DNA from: Candidatus Hadarchaeota archaeon
GTDB lineage: Archaea > Hadarchaeota > Hadarchaeia > Hadarchaeales > Hadarchaeaceae
Length of the DNA stretch: 32,000 nucleotides
Direction: 5' to 3'
Assembly (NCBI GenBank): GCA_964514965.1
Contig: CAZETV010000001.1
Location: 180,001-212,000 of the forward strand
Shown: one piece after another, positions 1-7,870 of the stretch
Numbering within the stretch: the stretch's first letter is position 1
Layout of the letters: the number at the start of each line of letters is the position of its first letter
Notes under the pieces: model-generated
What the model was told of the DNA's origin: nothing
Seen by the model: the letters and a program-made list of their open reading frames with translations, nothing else
The model's database searches: none
Program-made: the position numbers and the translations under genes

Positions 1-282
1 CCGGTCCCGGTCGCCTATCCTGAGAAGCTCGGGCTCGCCAAGCCGTTTCAGCATCTCGTGGCACGTGAATGTGTCCCCGCGAATCCCGTACCATGTCTCC
101 TCGTTCACGATGCCAGCCAGCGTGTACATGACCGTATCCAAATCCGGGGAGATGCACAGGCCTGAGACCTCTAAATCCTCACCTGTGTTCACGATCACCG
201 ATATTTTGTCCTGCCCGACCAGTCGAACCAGCCCTTGCAAAAGTTTGGGCGTGCCGGTGCCGCCTGAAAGCACAGCTATCAT
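1..282 (-). CDS. cofD: 2-phospho-L-lactate transferase (CofD), N-terminal part; gene runs off the left edge
   Basis: Not in the ORF track because it is truncated by the window edge. Minus-strand translation from the ATG at 282 gives [57 protein letters not shown]..., the typical CofD N-terminus (SGGTGxxKLLxGL). The + strand ORF 65..385 is its antisense shadow. Confidence 0.85.
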   Translation of the reverse strand, partial: MIAVLSGGTGTPKLLQGLVRLVGQDKISVIVNTGEDLEVSGLCISPDLDTVMYTLAGIVNEETWYGIRGDTFTCHEMLKRLGEPELLRIGDRDR

Positions 283-450
283 TGAATTTTCACTCCCGCT
301 CGGAACCCTCCAAACCCTGGAGGATTCTATGTTGTCTTTAGATTTAAAAATAAAACTAGACGTGATGTTGAAAAATGGAAAATAGAAAAATTAAAAAGTG
401 AATTGCATATATTTATCTCCTTGTCCGAATCTTATCCAAGAGGCGAAACC

Positions 451-1017
451 ATGGCTGAAAAGTTAAACTTGGCTAACCCGGCGGCTCTGGGTCTAGGCGG
501 CTTTGCCTTAACAACCTTCATCCTGAACATGGTGAACGCAGGGATAATCCCCGCAGAAAGCTTGGGAATGGTCTTTCCGATGGGACTTTTCTATGGAGGT
601 CTAGCGCAATTTGCCGCGGGGATGTGGGACGTCAAAAGAGGAGACATCTTCGGCGGGACCTGCTTCACATCATTCGGCGCATTCTGGATCGGTTTGGCGC
701 TGATGATTCTCTTGGAAACTGTAGGGATCATACCGAAAGTTCCGCCCGCGGGCATGGCCGTTTTCCTAATCGCATGGGGAATCTTCACGGCCTACGCCAC
801 GGTAGGCGCCCTGAGAATTTCTTGGGGCATAACAACGGTCTTCGTGACTTTAACTCTCTTGTTTTTCCTTCTGGCGGCAGGGGAATTCAACTCGGTGATC
901 AAAACGATCGCGGGGTACGAAGGAATTTTCTGCGCCCTCACCGCTTGGTACTGTTCGGCGGGCATTCTCATAAACACTATTTATAAAAGAGAGGTAGTGC
1001 CACTCGGAGAACGCTAG
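451..1017 (+). CDS. GPR1/FUN34/YaaH-family acetate/succinate channel (AceTr/SatP-like membrane protein)
   Basis: Family signature NPAALGLGGFALTTF sits near the N-terminus, followed by about 6 hydrophobic helices. The likely start is the ATG at 451 (MAEKLNLANPA...), not the upstream track start at 403. Confidence 0.8.
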   Translation: MAEKLNLANPAALGLGGFALTTFILNMVNAGIIPAESLGMVFPMGLFYGGLAQFAAGMWDVKRGDIFGGTCFTSFGAFWIGLALMILLETVGIIPKVPPAGMAVFLIAWGIFTAYATVGALRISWGITTVFVTLTLLFFLLAAGEFNSVIKTIAGYEGIFCALTAWYCSAGILINTIYKREVVPLGER

Positions 1018-1029
1018 ATTTCTTAGATA

Positions 1030-1056
1030 GATTGAATCGGCTAGTGTAATAAATAG
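1030..1056 (+). repeat. Solitary degenerate CRISPR-repeat-like sequence, inverted relative to the array
   Basis: gattgaatcggctagtgtaataaatag compared with the reverse-complemented array repeat gtttgaatcggactagtgtagtattgaaat. ttgaatcgg and ctagtgta match 17 of 18 consecutive repeat positions with a 1-nt deletion, and the 3' part is degenerate. It lies in the 45-bp gap between the convergent genes at 451-1017 and 1063-1812. Confidence 0.55.
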
Positions 1057-1062
1057 CCAAGG

Positions 1063-1812
1063 TTACCTAAAGAGATCTCGCTCCGGCGGCATCACAAGCT
1101 CTTTCGCGTTTCCTTTCCCTCGCTCGTAGATTGCTCCCTTGACAACAATCACTGGAGTGCCCTCGTTTGCCTCCCCCATGATTGAAACCGCTGCCGCAGC
1201 CAAAGAGTCGGCGGGGGAAGTTATCGTCACGAGGAGCTCTCTGTCGTGGAGGTCTCGCTTTCCCCGCAGGTCGAGAAGCGGACTCATCCCAGCGACGCCA
1301 ATAGCAACGCCAACACAGCCCATTCTGAAGGCCCGCCCCTGAGTATCGGATACAATCACCGAAACCTCCGCGCCAAGTTCGCGTTTGATGAAATCCCGAA
1401 TTCTGGCAGCGCTCGCATCAGGGTCGTCTGATAGAGTCGTGACATGTTCCGGGTCGACATTCGAGCGGTCGACGCCGGCGTTCGCGCAGACGAAGCCGTG
1501 CTTGGTGCGAGAAATTATCAAATGCTCAAGCCTCACGATTTCACTGGATTGCCGTAAAATTACCTCGACCTCGCGGGGGTCCTTGTCAAGCCGTGCCGCT
1601 ATCTTTTCGGCCTTTTTGCTTGGCTTTACCCCGCGCAGGTCGACGATATTTCCCTCCGCCTTTGAAACGATCGTCTGCGCGACGACGATGACATCTCCGT
1701 CCTCCAAACGCAACCCTTGTTTTTGCGCCGCGTCCACGATGAGTTTCCCCACCTCGTCGCCCTTTTTCACCAGCGGCAACTCCTTGAGCGCGATGAGCTG
1801 CACCTGAGACAC
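1063..1812 (-). CDS. cofE: Coenzyme F420-0:L-glutamate ligase (CofE)
   Basis: 249 aa. The N-terminus ...LPLVKKGDEVGKLIVDAA...GDVIVVAQTIVSKAEGN, together with CANAGVDRSN and SDTQGRAFRMG, matches the CofE family pattern. It has a GTG start and is divergent from the Mer-like gene. Confidence 0.85.
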   Translation of the reverse strand: MSQVQLIALKELPLVKKGDEVGKLIVDAAQKQGLRLEDGDVIVVAQTIVSKAEGNIVDLRGVKPSKKAEKIAARLDKDPREVEVILRQSSEIVRLEHLIISRTKHGFVCANAGVDRSNVDPEHVTTLSDDPDASAARIRDFIKRELGAEVSVIVSDTQGRAFRMGCVGVAIGVAGMSPLLDLRGKRDLHDRELLVTITSPADSLAAAAVSIMGEANEGTPVIVVKGAIYERGKGNAKELVMPPERDLFR

Positions 1813-1858
1813 CGAGGAGTATTATAGCATGGCTACCTTAAATCCGAAAGGTGTAGAG

Positions 1859-2836
1859 ATGAATTTCGGTGTTGAATTCGTTCCTTATCTGACGCTGGAC
1901 GCCCTGGTCAGGCTGGCCCGATTGGTCGAGCGCTCCGGCTTCGAGCAGATTTGGGTCTGCGACCACTACCACAACCGCTACATCTACCCCGTGCTCACCC
2001 AACTCGCGCTCGAGACAAGCCGGGTGAAGCTGGGCCCGGGCGTGACGAACCCCTACTTGGTTCACCCGACCGTGACCGCAGCTGCCGTCGCGACCCTCAA
2101 CGAAATTTCAGGCGGGCGGGCACTGCTGGGTATTTCCGCGGGTGACCCGTTTTTCCTCGCGACGGTTGGGATAAAACAACGAAAGCCAGTAATAGCTGTG
2201 CGAGAGGCCGTCCACATCGCGCGCGAACTTCTAGCCGGGAACCGCTTGAGCTTCGAGGGCGAGTTCTTCTCGTGCAGGAATGCGGGGCTCAGGTTCAAGC
2301 CAGTAAACAAAATTCCTATCTACATCGGCGGGAGGCGGCGGCGCATGCTCGAGCTCGCGGGTTCGGTCGCTGACGGGGCCCTCATCAACGCCTCGCACCC
2401 CAACGACATCAAGGAATCCATAGAGTACGTCGAGAAGGGACTGCGTTCGAGCGGGAGGACTCCTAGAACATTCGATTTCGTCGCGTATCTAGCCGTGTCA
2501 GTCGGGAACGATGTGAAGAGAGCGAGGGAGGTAGTTCGTGGGGTGGTTTCGTTCGTGGCTTCGTCCGCCCCCCGCACATCGCTCGAGCGTCACGGCATCG
2601 AGGTCGAGGAAGTTGAGTCGATACGCCGTCTGCTCAGGGGCGGAGAGCTGAAAAAGGCCCGCTCGACGGTGACCGAACGCATGATAGACGCATTCTCGGT
2701 CTGCGGCACGGTCGATGAACTCGCCGCGCGCGTCGAGGAGTTGAAACGCCTAGGCATAACACGAACGGTGATTGGGTCGCCGATGGGGATCGAGCCAGCT
2801 AAAGCCGTGCAGTCGATTGCAAAGGCGTTGCTTTAG
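1859..2836 (+). CDS. F420-dependent 5,10-methylenetetrahydromethanopterin reductase (Mer) family / LLM-class oxidoreductase
   Basis: MNFGVEFVPY...WVCDHYHNR...KLGPGVTNPYLVHP closely resembles the Mer N-terminal pattern (FGIEfvP, WICDHYNN, KLGPGITNPY). The track ORF starts at 1829, but the ATG at 1859 fits family N-termini better. Confidence 0.75.
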   Translation: MNFGVEFVPYLTLDALVRLARLVERSGFEQIWVCDHYHNRYIYPVLTQLALETSRVKLGPGVTNPYLVHPTVTAAAVATLNEISGGRALLGISAGDPFFLATVGIKQRKPVIAVREAVHIARELLAGNRLSFEGEFFSCRNAGLRFKPVNKIPIYIGGRRRRMLELAGSVADGALINASHPNDIKESIEYVEKGLRSSGRTPRTFDFVAYLAVSVGNDVKRAREVVRGVVSFVASSAPRTSLERHGIEVEEVESIRRLLRGGELKKARSTVTERMIDAFSVCGTVDELAARVEELKRLGITRTVIGSPMGIEPAKAVQSIAKALL

Positions 2837-2855
2837 TTGTCTTACTGCATAATTA

Positions 2856-4393
2856 ACCTCAATACTACACTAGTCCGATTCAAACTTGTGTGCATCAGCT
2901 ATCATCTCAGCCAAGTACGAATTTCAATACTACACTAGTCCGATTCAAACGATATTCTCCCCTGTTGACAATCTATATATCACAGATTTCAATACTACAC
3001 TAGTCCGATTCAAACAAACGGAGCTTGGTCGGGCGCACCTATGAAAAAAAGATTTCAATACTACACTAGTCCGATTCAAACGAGGAATTCCTGTGACCGC
3101 ACTCAGGGAAGACAGTAATTTCAATACTACACTAGTCCGATTCAAACCACTTCCGTTCTGACCGCGTACTTGGCTGCAGCTCTATTTCAATACTACACTA
3201 GTCCGATTCAAACTCGGGCTTGGTCGCCTTGGGCTTCGCCTCGACCTTATTTCAATACTACACTAGTCCGATTCAAACCCCTCTCAGGGATTCAGACATC
3301 GTAATCCATAATTTCAATACTACACTAGTCCGATTCAAACGAGAACGACACTGCTTTCAGGGTGTCATTTACAACATTTCAATACTACACTAGTCCGATT
3401 CAAACTTACGGTTTAAAGAAGTCAACTACCACCCAATAAATATTTCAATACTACACTAGTCCGATTCAAACGCTCTTCCTCGCGACACCCGCGCTCGCAG
3501 TATGCCATTTCAATACTACACTAGTCCGATTCAAACGCTCTTCCTCGCGACACCCGCGCTCGTATTATGCCATTTCAATACTACACTAGTCCGATTCAAA
3601 CGACCTGTATGCAAAAGGTCTTCTCACGTATGACCAGATTTCAATACTACACTAGTCCGATTCAAACGCTATTGCGTACAGACCGTACAGTCGAGTTGAT
3701 GTGATTTCAATACTACACTAGTCCGATTCAAACGGGGCCACGTCGTTTTACGTAACGGCGTCGTCCTTCATTTCAATACTACACTAGTCCGATTCAAACG
3801 CTCTCTCTCTCATGTCATATCTATATATGACGTGTATTTCAATACTACACTAGTCCGATTCAAACCCGAGAACGGCCGGGCCGGGGCCGGCGCACGCCTT
3901 TATTTCAATACTACACTAGTCCGATTCAAACGCCGCCGTAGCCCTGCTGTTTCATGCGCAACCTGAATTTCAATACTACACTAGTCCGATTCAAACGTGA
4001 ACGCGTGGGACACTCGGGACAGGATAGTGACGATTTCAATACTACACTAGTCCGATTCAAACAACTTTACTTGCCCTCGACGTACACGGCCTTCATCAAT
4101 TTCAATACTACACTAGTCCGATTCAAACCCGAGGCTCAGGTGGTTCACGATGTCGCGCTTCTCCATTTCAATACTACACTAGTCCGATTCAAACCTTTTT
4201 ATCCCTCATGCGCCTCGCTTCGCTTTTTATTATTTCAATACTACACTAGTCCGATTCAAACCGTTTAATATTATTGTTCTTGAGCCTCCAAGTCCTCATT
4301 TCAATACTACACTAGTCCGATTCAAACGCATCTTGGACTCGTTGTCGGGGTCTGGAAACACCAATTTCAATACTACACTAGTCCGATTCAAAC
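2856..4393 (-). CRISPR. CRISPR array with 24 repeats of 30 nt and 23 spacers (32-37 nt)
   Basis: The + strand repeat is atttcaatactacactagtccgattcaaac. Repeat starts are 2856, 2921, 2986, 3052, 3118, 3184, 3249, 3311, 3376, 3442, 3507, 3572, 3638, 3704, 3770, 3836, 3902, 3967, 4033, 4099, 4165, 4232, 4298 and 4364. Only the repeat at 2856 is degenerate (acctcaat...), which marks the trailer end, so the leader is at 4394-4488 next to cas2. In the transcribed (minus) sense the repeat is GTTTGAATCGGACTAGTGTAGTATTGAAAT, ending in the ATTGAAAT-type 8-nt handle common in type I-B/I-A repeats. Track ORFs 2945..3145 and 3954..4268 are artefacts of repeat periodicity. Confidence 0.98.
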
Positions 4394-4488
4394 CTCCCGC
4401 TCATTTTTGGTTCTGAGCCTCGTTTGTAAAAGCTTTTCGCCACCAGAAAAGTCAACCCTCGATCGTGCAGTCCATTTATAAACGCTGA
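4394..4488 (-). promoter_or_regulatory. Putative CRISPR leader with a TATA-box-like element (tttataaa, 4475-4482)
   Basis: This is a 95-nt non-coding gap between the cas2 stop and the newest repeat. The palindromic TTTATAAA lies about 80 nt upstream of the first repeat in the minus sense. Confidence 0.4.
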
Positions 4489-4764
4489 CTAAATTATGCT
4501 CGAAACTTCGGCCTTCTCGATGCCCAAGACTTCTTTCTTCATCCATTTTTGGCTAGAGACAATGAAGAAGATTATCGAGTCCTCATCCTCTTTTATTCGC
4601 TTCCGCAGCCCAACCTTGACTTGTTCTAGCCCACCCTCGCTCAGTTCGCCTTCAAATGCCGAATTCTGGATCCAGTTGAGGTGTTGCCGGAGGAAATGCC
4701 TCACTCCGTCTATCCGCTCTACAGCGACATCATAAACAACTACAACGTAAATCTTCACCACCAA
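4489..4764 (-). CDS. cas2: CRISPR-associated endoribonuclease Cas2
   Basis: About 90 aa: ..KIYVVVVYDV......LRQHLNWIQNSAFEGEL..., the typical Cas2 ferredoxin-fold pattern. The start is ambiguous (TTG 4764, GTG 4761 or GTG 4758) and overlaps the cas1 stop. Confidence 0.85.
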   Translation of the reverse strand: MVVKIYVVVVYDVAVERIDGVRHFLRQHLNWIQNSAFEGELSEGGLEQVKVGLRKRIKEDEDSIIFFIVSSQKWMKKEVLGIEKAEVSSII

Positions 4765-5765
4765 GCCTTAAATCCCTCGTATTTTTGGCCGCCAATCAGA
4801 TGCTTTATGAGTTTGTAACATTCAAGCCTTACCAATCTCTGGTATGAAACTTTTCTCTTGAGCGCTGGATGGTTGATAGTCTTCCTGAGTTTATCGTCGT
4901 ACTCCGAGATGAAGGTTCGCCTGCCCTTTTCGTTCAGGTAACAAAAATTGAGTTCATCCTGAAAATGCTTCTCGCCGACCATACGGTTGTTCACCAACTT
5001 GAAAATCGTGCGATCAACGAGAATCGGCTTGAAGATCTCGCTCAGATCTAGGCTCAGGGAAAACCTCCGCTCGCCCGGCTCGTGCAGATAGCTTATCGTG
5101 GGGTTGAGCTGGGTGTGGTAGATCTCGGACAGGGTGCTCGTGTAGAGGAGGGAATTGCCGAAAGAAATCAGGCAGTTTATCATGTTGTCGGGCGGCCTCC
5201 GCACGCGCCGCTCGAACTCGAACCCCTCCCGCAAGATTGTGTTGAAGCTCTGGTAATAGTGGTCCCTGATCCTCCCTTCCACGCCCATGAGCTCTTGCAC
5301 ATCTTTTGTACCGTCGATCTGAGTTCTCTCCTGTTCTATCGCTTCCATCATTCCGCCCACGTCCTTGCCGTGCTTCTTGTAATGGGCGAGGTTCTTGAGG
5401 ATGTTGTGGCTCGCGGACCTGATTATTTCCTTGGCGATTTCGAGCCTCCTTTCTTTGCCCAAATAATTTTCGACCTGTTTAACCACCAAAAGACCAGACA
5501 CCAGATACTCGCGCGGATAGTAGCTCCCCGAATAGAACCCGTAGTAATTGAAAAAGTGCATCGGGATGCGGTTCTGGGCGAGGAAGACCATGAGCTTCGA
5601 GTTCACGTCCAGTTCCCCGAGTGCATATATCGCCTCGACGTTCGCCACGGGCATCGGTATTTTCTCCTGCCCTGCCTCCAAGTACAGGGTGTTTTCCTTC
5701 CGCCTCAGCCTCCCGCTTTTCAGGATGTAGTAGTTGCGCTTCACCTCAACACCAACACAACTCAT
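4755..5765 (-). CDS. cas1: CRISPR-associated integrase Cas1
   Basis: 336 aa. Motifs are NTLYLE..., MGVEGRIRDHYY, SYLHEPGERRFSLSLDLSEIFKPILVDR (the conserved E/H/D acidic-site context). It overlaps the cas4 3' end by 20 nt. Confidence 0.92.
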   Translation of the reverse strand: MSCVGVEVKRNYYILKSGRLRRKENTLYLEAGQEKIPMPVANVEAIYALGELDVNSKLMVFLAQNRIPMHFFNYYGFYSGSYYPREYLVSGLLVVKQVENYLGKERRLEIAKEIIRSASHNILKNLAHYKKHGKDVGGMMEAIEQERTQIDGTKDVQELMGVEGRIRDHYYQSFNTILREGFEFERRVRRPPDNMINCLISFGNSLLYTSTLSEIYHTQLNPTISYLHEPGERRFSLSLDLSEIFKPILVDRTIFKLVNNRMVGEKHFQDELNFCYLNEKGRRTFISEYDDKLRKTINHPALKRKVSYQRLVRLECYKLIKHLIGGQKYEGFKAWW

Positions 5766-6261
5766 AATAGCTGCACTTTTTGCAATAAGACTTCTTCCCC
5801 ACTGCTGGCGGTTCCGGGCTGGAGAGCACTTGCTTTACCTCCTCCAGAGTTTCTTCGACCTCCCTTTCTCCCTCCTCAGTCAGCTCGACCTCCTTTTTTC
5901 GCCTGAGGCGTGGATAATCGATTACCCCCTTTGCGGCGACTCCCCTCCGCTTCAGCCAGTAGAGGTAGTAGAGCATTTGGCCGATGTGGGCCGCCTCTAT
6001 CTTTCGGGAGCGCTTGATGTCGTGGACCTCGTTTCCGTGCTGGAGGAAGTCTATCTTGATTGGCCCGAGGTCTATCTCCTTTGTCTTACGGGGGTATGCC
6101 GTCTCATGCAACAAACTGCCCAGCATCACCCGGTCCGAGGAGTGCTCCATCCCTAGGGAGTGCGAGAAGAGCCAGAGCTTGCGCTTGCAGACGAAGTAGT
6201 AGTTGACCTGGGTGCCAGTGTAGGTGAGTTCTGGGGAAGGGATTTTCTTCATGGATTTCAC
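5746..6261 (-). CDS. cas4: Cas4 (RecB-like PD-(D/E)xK exonuclease with a 4-Cys cluster)
   Basis: It has an N-terminal Cys (YYFVCKRKLW) and C-terminal CKKCSYYELCWC, with DIKRSRK and QMLYY motifs. The GTG at 6261 overlaps the upstream ATPase stop (GTGA). An alternative ATG start is at 6252. Confidence 0.85.
   Translation of the reverse strand: MKSMKKIPSPELTYTGTQVNYYFVCKRKLWLFSHSLGMEHSSDRVMLGSLLHETAYPRKTKEIDLGPIKIDFLQHGNEVHDIKRSRKIEAAHIGQMLYYLYWLKRRGVAAKGVIDYPRLRRKKEVELTEEGEREVEETLEEVKQVLSSPEPPAVGKKSYCKKCSYYELCWC
6167..6216. repeat. 50-nt segment of the intact cas4 5' region, duplicated at 7782-7831 (47/50 identical)
   Basis: aagagccagagcttgCgcttgcagacgaagtagtagttgacCtgGgtgcc compared with aagagccagagcttgTgcttgcagacgaagtagtagttgacTtgAgtgcc, aligned by eye. 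Confidence 0.9.
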
Positions 6262-7703
6262 GCTTTAGGCGAAGTTGAGCTGAGGATTTTCTCCAAATCC
6301 CTCAAATCGAACAGGAAGTAGCCTTCATCCCTCATTTTCTCCTTCCCATCGATTTTTCTCGCCATCAGCCCGTAGAACTCCTTCTTTCTTTTGATGAACC
6401 ATTGAACGTACCCCGCTTTCCGCTTGAGTTCATCTAAAATATTTTTTGATTCTTTCAAACTCAAATCTCGCCATTTCGTCTCAACGAACAAAATTTTCTT
6501 TTCCTCCTCGTTTAAAGCCACCACGTCGATGTCGTACACATTTTTTCCCTTTTCCGCTGCCGGTATCTTGCCCCATTGCTTCCCGAATTTTGTAAATCGG
6601 AACGGCAGCTCGGCCACCATCTTTTGAAGGAGGAATTCTCTGCACAGCTTTTCAAAACGCGCGCCGATGAATGAATTTAACTGATCCTTGACGGTTCCCT
6701 CGAAGCTCGGATCCCTTCGTTCGTAGAGGGAATAATTTTTGTAAAAGAATCTGAACCAAAAATGCAAAAGCGGATGGTTTATGAAGATGAGTCCTTTTTT
6801 CTTTCCTCTTATCAGGGGCCTGTCGAGCCTCAGGATTTCAAAATAGTTTAAAAGTTCGTCCATTTGCCTGGTTATCGAGGTCTTCTCGGCCCTCAGGTAA
6901 CTGGCTATATCGGAAAAGGAATTGTTGCCGCTCGCGACCGCTTCCAAGATTGAGTAGTACAGCCCGGACCTCCTGCCGAACTCTTGGGAGAGGATCACCT
7001 GGACCTCATCCTCCAAGACGGCATCCTTTTGGAAGAAGAAAACACGCAGGATTTCTTCCATGCCTTTCCCCTGCAACCCGTTATCCTCCATGGCGACGTA
7101 GTACCTCGGGAAACCACCGAATATGGAATAAAGAGTCACTATCTCATCCATGTTTTTGAATTTCAGTTCTCTGCACATCTCAGCGACGCTTGGGAACTCC
7201 ATTGGCTTCAGGTCTATTTTGCGCTTGACCCTGCCGTAGAGAGGTTCCTTTCGGCCCTGGAAAATCTTTTTCATCAAGCCGACGGTGGAGCCAGTCAGGA
7301 TCATCATTAACGGCTTATCCTCGTTCAGGTCGAAGTTCTTCTGGAGGGTGCCAAAAACGGATTTGTCCACGAAGGCGAAATTTTGGAACTCGTCAAACAC
7401 GACGATTCCCCGGTACCTTTTCACCAAGGTTTCAAAGAACGACTCCCAGGAATTCACAACCTCGAGCTCACTTATGATTTTCCTCTGCCTCAGGAGCCTC
7501 GAAAACTCTAGGAGAAGAGCTTCGCTCGACTTGTTCCTGTTCACGAAGAAGTACAGCCCCCTGTCTTTCATGAATTCCAGCGCCAACCTTGTCTTTCCAA
7601 CCCTTCTGGCGCCGTATATAGCCGTGGGCCAAAATTTCTGCTTTGAGAGCCCCTCGATTTCCGAGAGGGTCTTGAGTTCGGCCGCCCTATTAATAAATCT
7701 CAT
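6258..7703 (-). CDS. P-loop ATPase with wHTH and a C-terminal PD-(D/E)xK-like domain (archaeal ATPase / DUF234-type architecture, COG1672-like)
   Basis: Walker A is IYGARRVGKTRLA and Walker B is GIVVFDEFQNF. There is a central wHTH-like segment (YYSILEAVASGNNSFSDIASYLRAEKTSITRQMDEL). The C-terminal motif is VYDIDVVAL...ILFVETKWRD (D...ExK). The likely start is the ATG at 7703 (MRFINRAAELKTL); the track start GTG 7727 lies inside the operator-like palindromes. Confidence 0.75.
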   Translation of the reverse strand: MRFINRAAELKTLSEIEGLSKQKFWPTAIYGARRVGKTRLALEFMKDRGLYFFVNRNKSSEALLLEFSRLLRQRKIISELEVVNSWESFFETLVKRYRGIVVFDEFQNFAFVDKSVFGTLQKNFDLNEDKPLMMILTGSTVGLMKKIFQGRKEPLYGRVKRKIDLKPMEFPSVAEMCRELKFKNMDEIVTLYSIFGGFPRYYVAMEDNGLQGKGMEEILRVFFFQKDAVLEDEVQVILSQEFGRRSGLYYSILEAVASGNNSFSDIASYLRAEKTSITRQMDELLNYFEILRLDRPLIRGKKKGLIFINHPLLHFWFRFFYKNYSLYERRDPSFEGTVKDQLNSFIGARFEKLCREFLLQKMVAELPFRFTKFGKQWGKIPAAEKGKNVYDIDVVALNEEEKKILFVETKWRDLSLKESKNILDELKRKAGYVQWFIKRKKEFYGLMARKIDGKEKMRDEGYFLFDLRDLEKILSSTSPKA

Positions 7704-7705
7704 GT

Positions 7706-7736
7706 ATTCACCTACTGAATAATTCACTTACTGAAT
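7706..7736. promoter_or_regulatory. Two tandem 15-bp palindromes (ATTCA-N5-TGAAT) between a TATA-like element and the ATPase start codon
   Basis: The palindromes are attcacctactgaat (7706-7720) and attcacttactgaat (7722-7736), offset by 16 bp. atatatttaaat follows directly (7736-7747; TTTAAATATAT in the minus sense). Confidence 0.5.
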
Positions 7737-7781
7737 ATATTTAAATGCTTGCGTCGGCTGGTCGAGCTCGCACCAAAGATT

Positions 7782-7870
7782 AAGAGCCAGAGCTTGTGCT
7801 TGCAGACGAAGTAGTAGTTGACTTGAGTGCCCGCAAAAGTTAATCTTTCAGATAACGCCGTAAGATTCAA
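7782..7870 (-). pseudogene. cas4 5' remnant (first ~29 codons) fused to unrelated sequence, immediately after cas3
   Basis: Minus-strand translation from the TTG at 7870 (TTGA overlap with the cas3 stop) gives NLTALSERLTFAGTQVNYYFVCKHKLWLL, then unrelated IFGASSTSRRKHLNIFSK*. Intact Cas4 reads KKIPSPELTYTGTQVNYYFVCKRKLWLF. The first codons are diverged and AT-richer, and the next 50 nt are 94% identical to 6167-6216. Confidence 0.8.

Noticed and set aside
307-323. 6-bp-stem hairpin (CCTCCA-N5-TGGAGG) and phased A-tracts in the cofD/acetate-channel divergent intergenic region
   Set aside because: This is a short stem in an AT-rich promoter region with no recognisable riboswitch or repeat family. 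It is most simply ordinary promoter/5'-UTR sequence.
65-385. 106-aa + strand ORF at the left edge
   Set aside because: It is the antisense shadow of the cofD N-terminus, which translates cleanly on the minus strand ([18 protein letters not shown]...).
2945-4268. Track ORFs 2945..3145 (-) and 3954..4268 (+) with repetitive peptide motifs (NRTSVVLK / FNTTLVRFK)
   Set aside because: They lie entirely within the CRISPR array. The repeated peptides are simply translations of the 30-nt repeat.
2886-4363. Possible self-targeting spacers against the AT-rich cas block or the inserted cassettes
   Set aside because: I found no match to any of the 23 spacers elsewhere in the window by eye. This is not exhaustive and needs a computational search before any claim.
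5082-5906. Long antisense ORFs opposite cas genes and neighbours: 274 aa opposite cas1, 238 aa at 17028..17744 opposite cas6, 210 aa at 18060..18692 opposite the FrhB-like gene, 150 aa at 14830..15282 opposite the NTase
   Set aside because: The opposite-strand proteins carry recognisable family motifs. These ORFs are low-complexity, Pro/Arg/Leu-rich products typical of antisense frames in GC-rich coding DNA.
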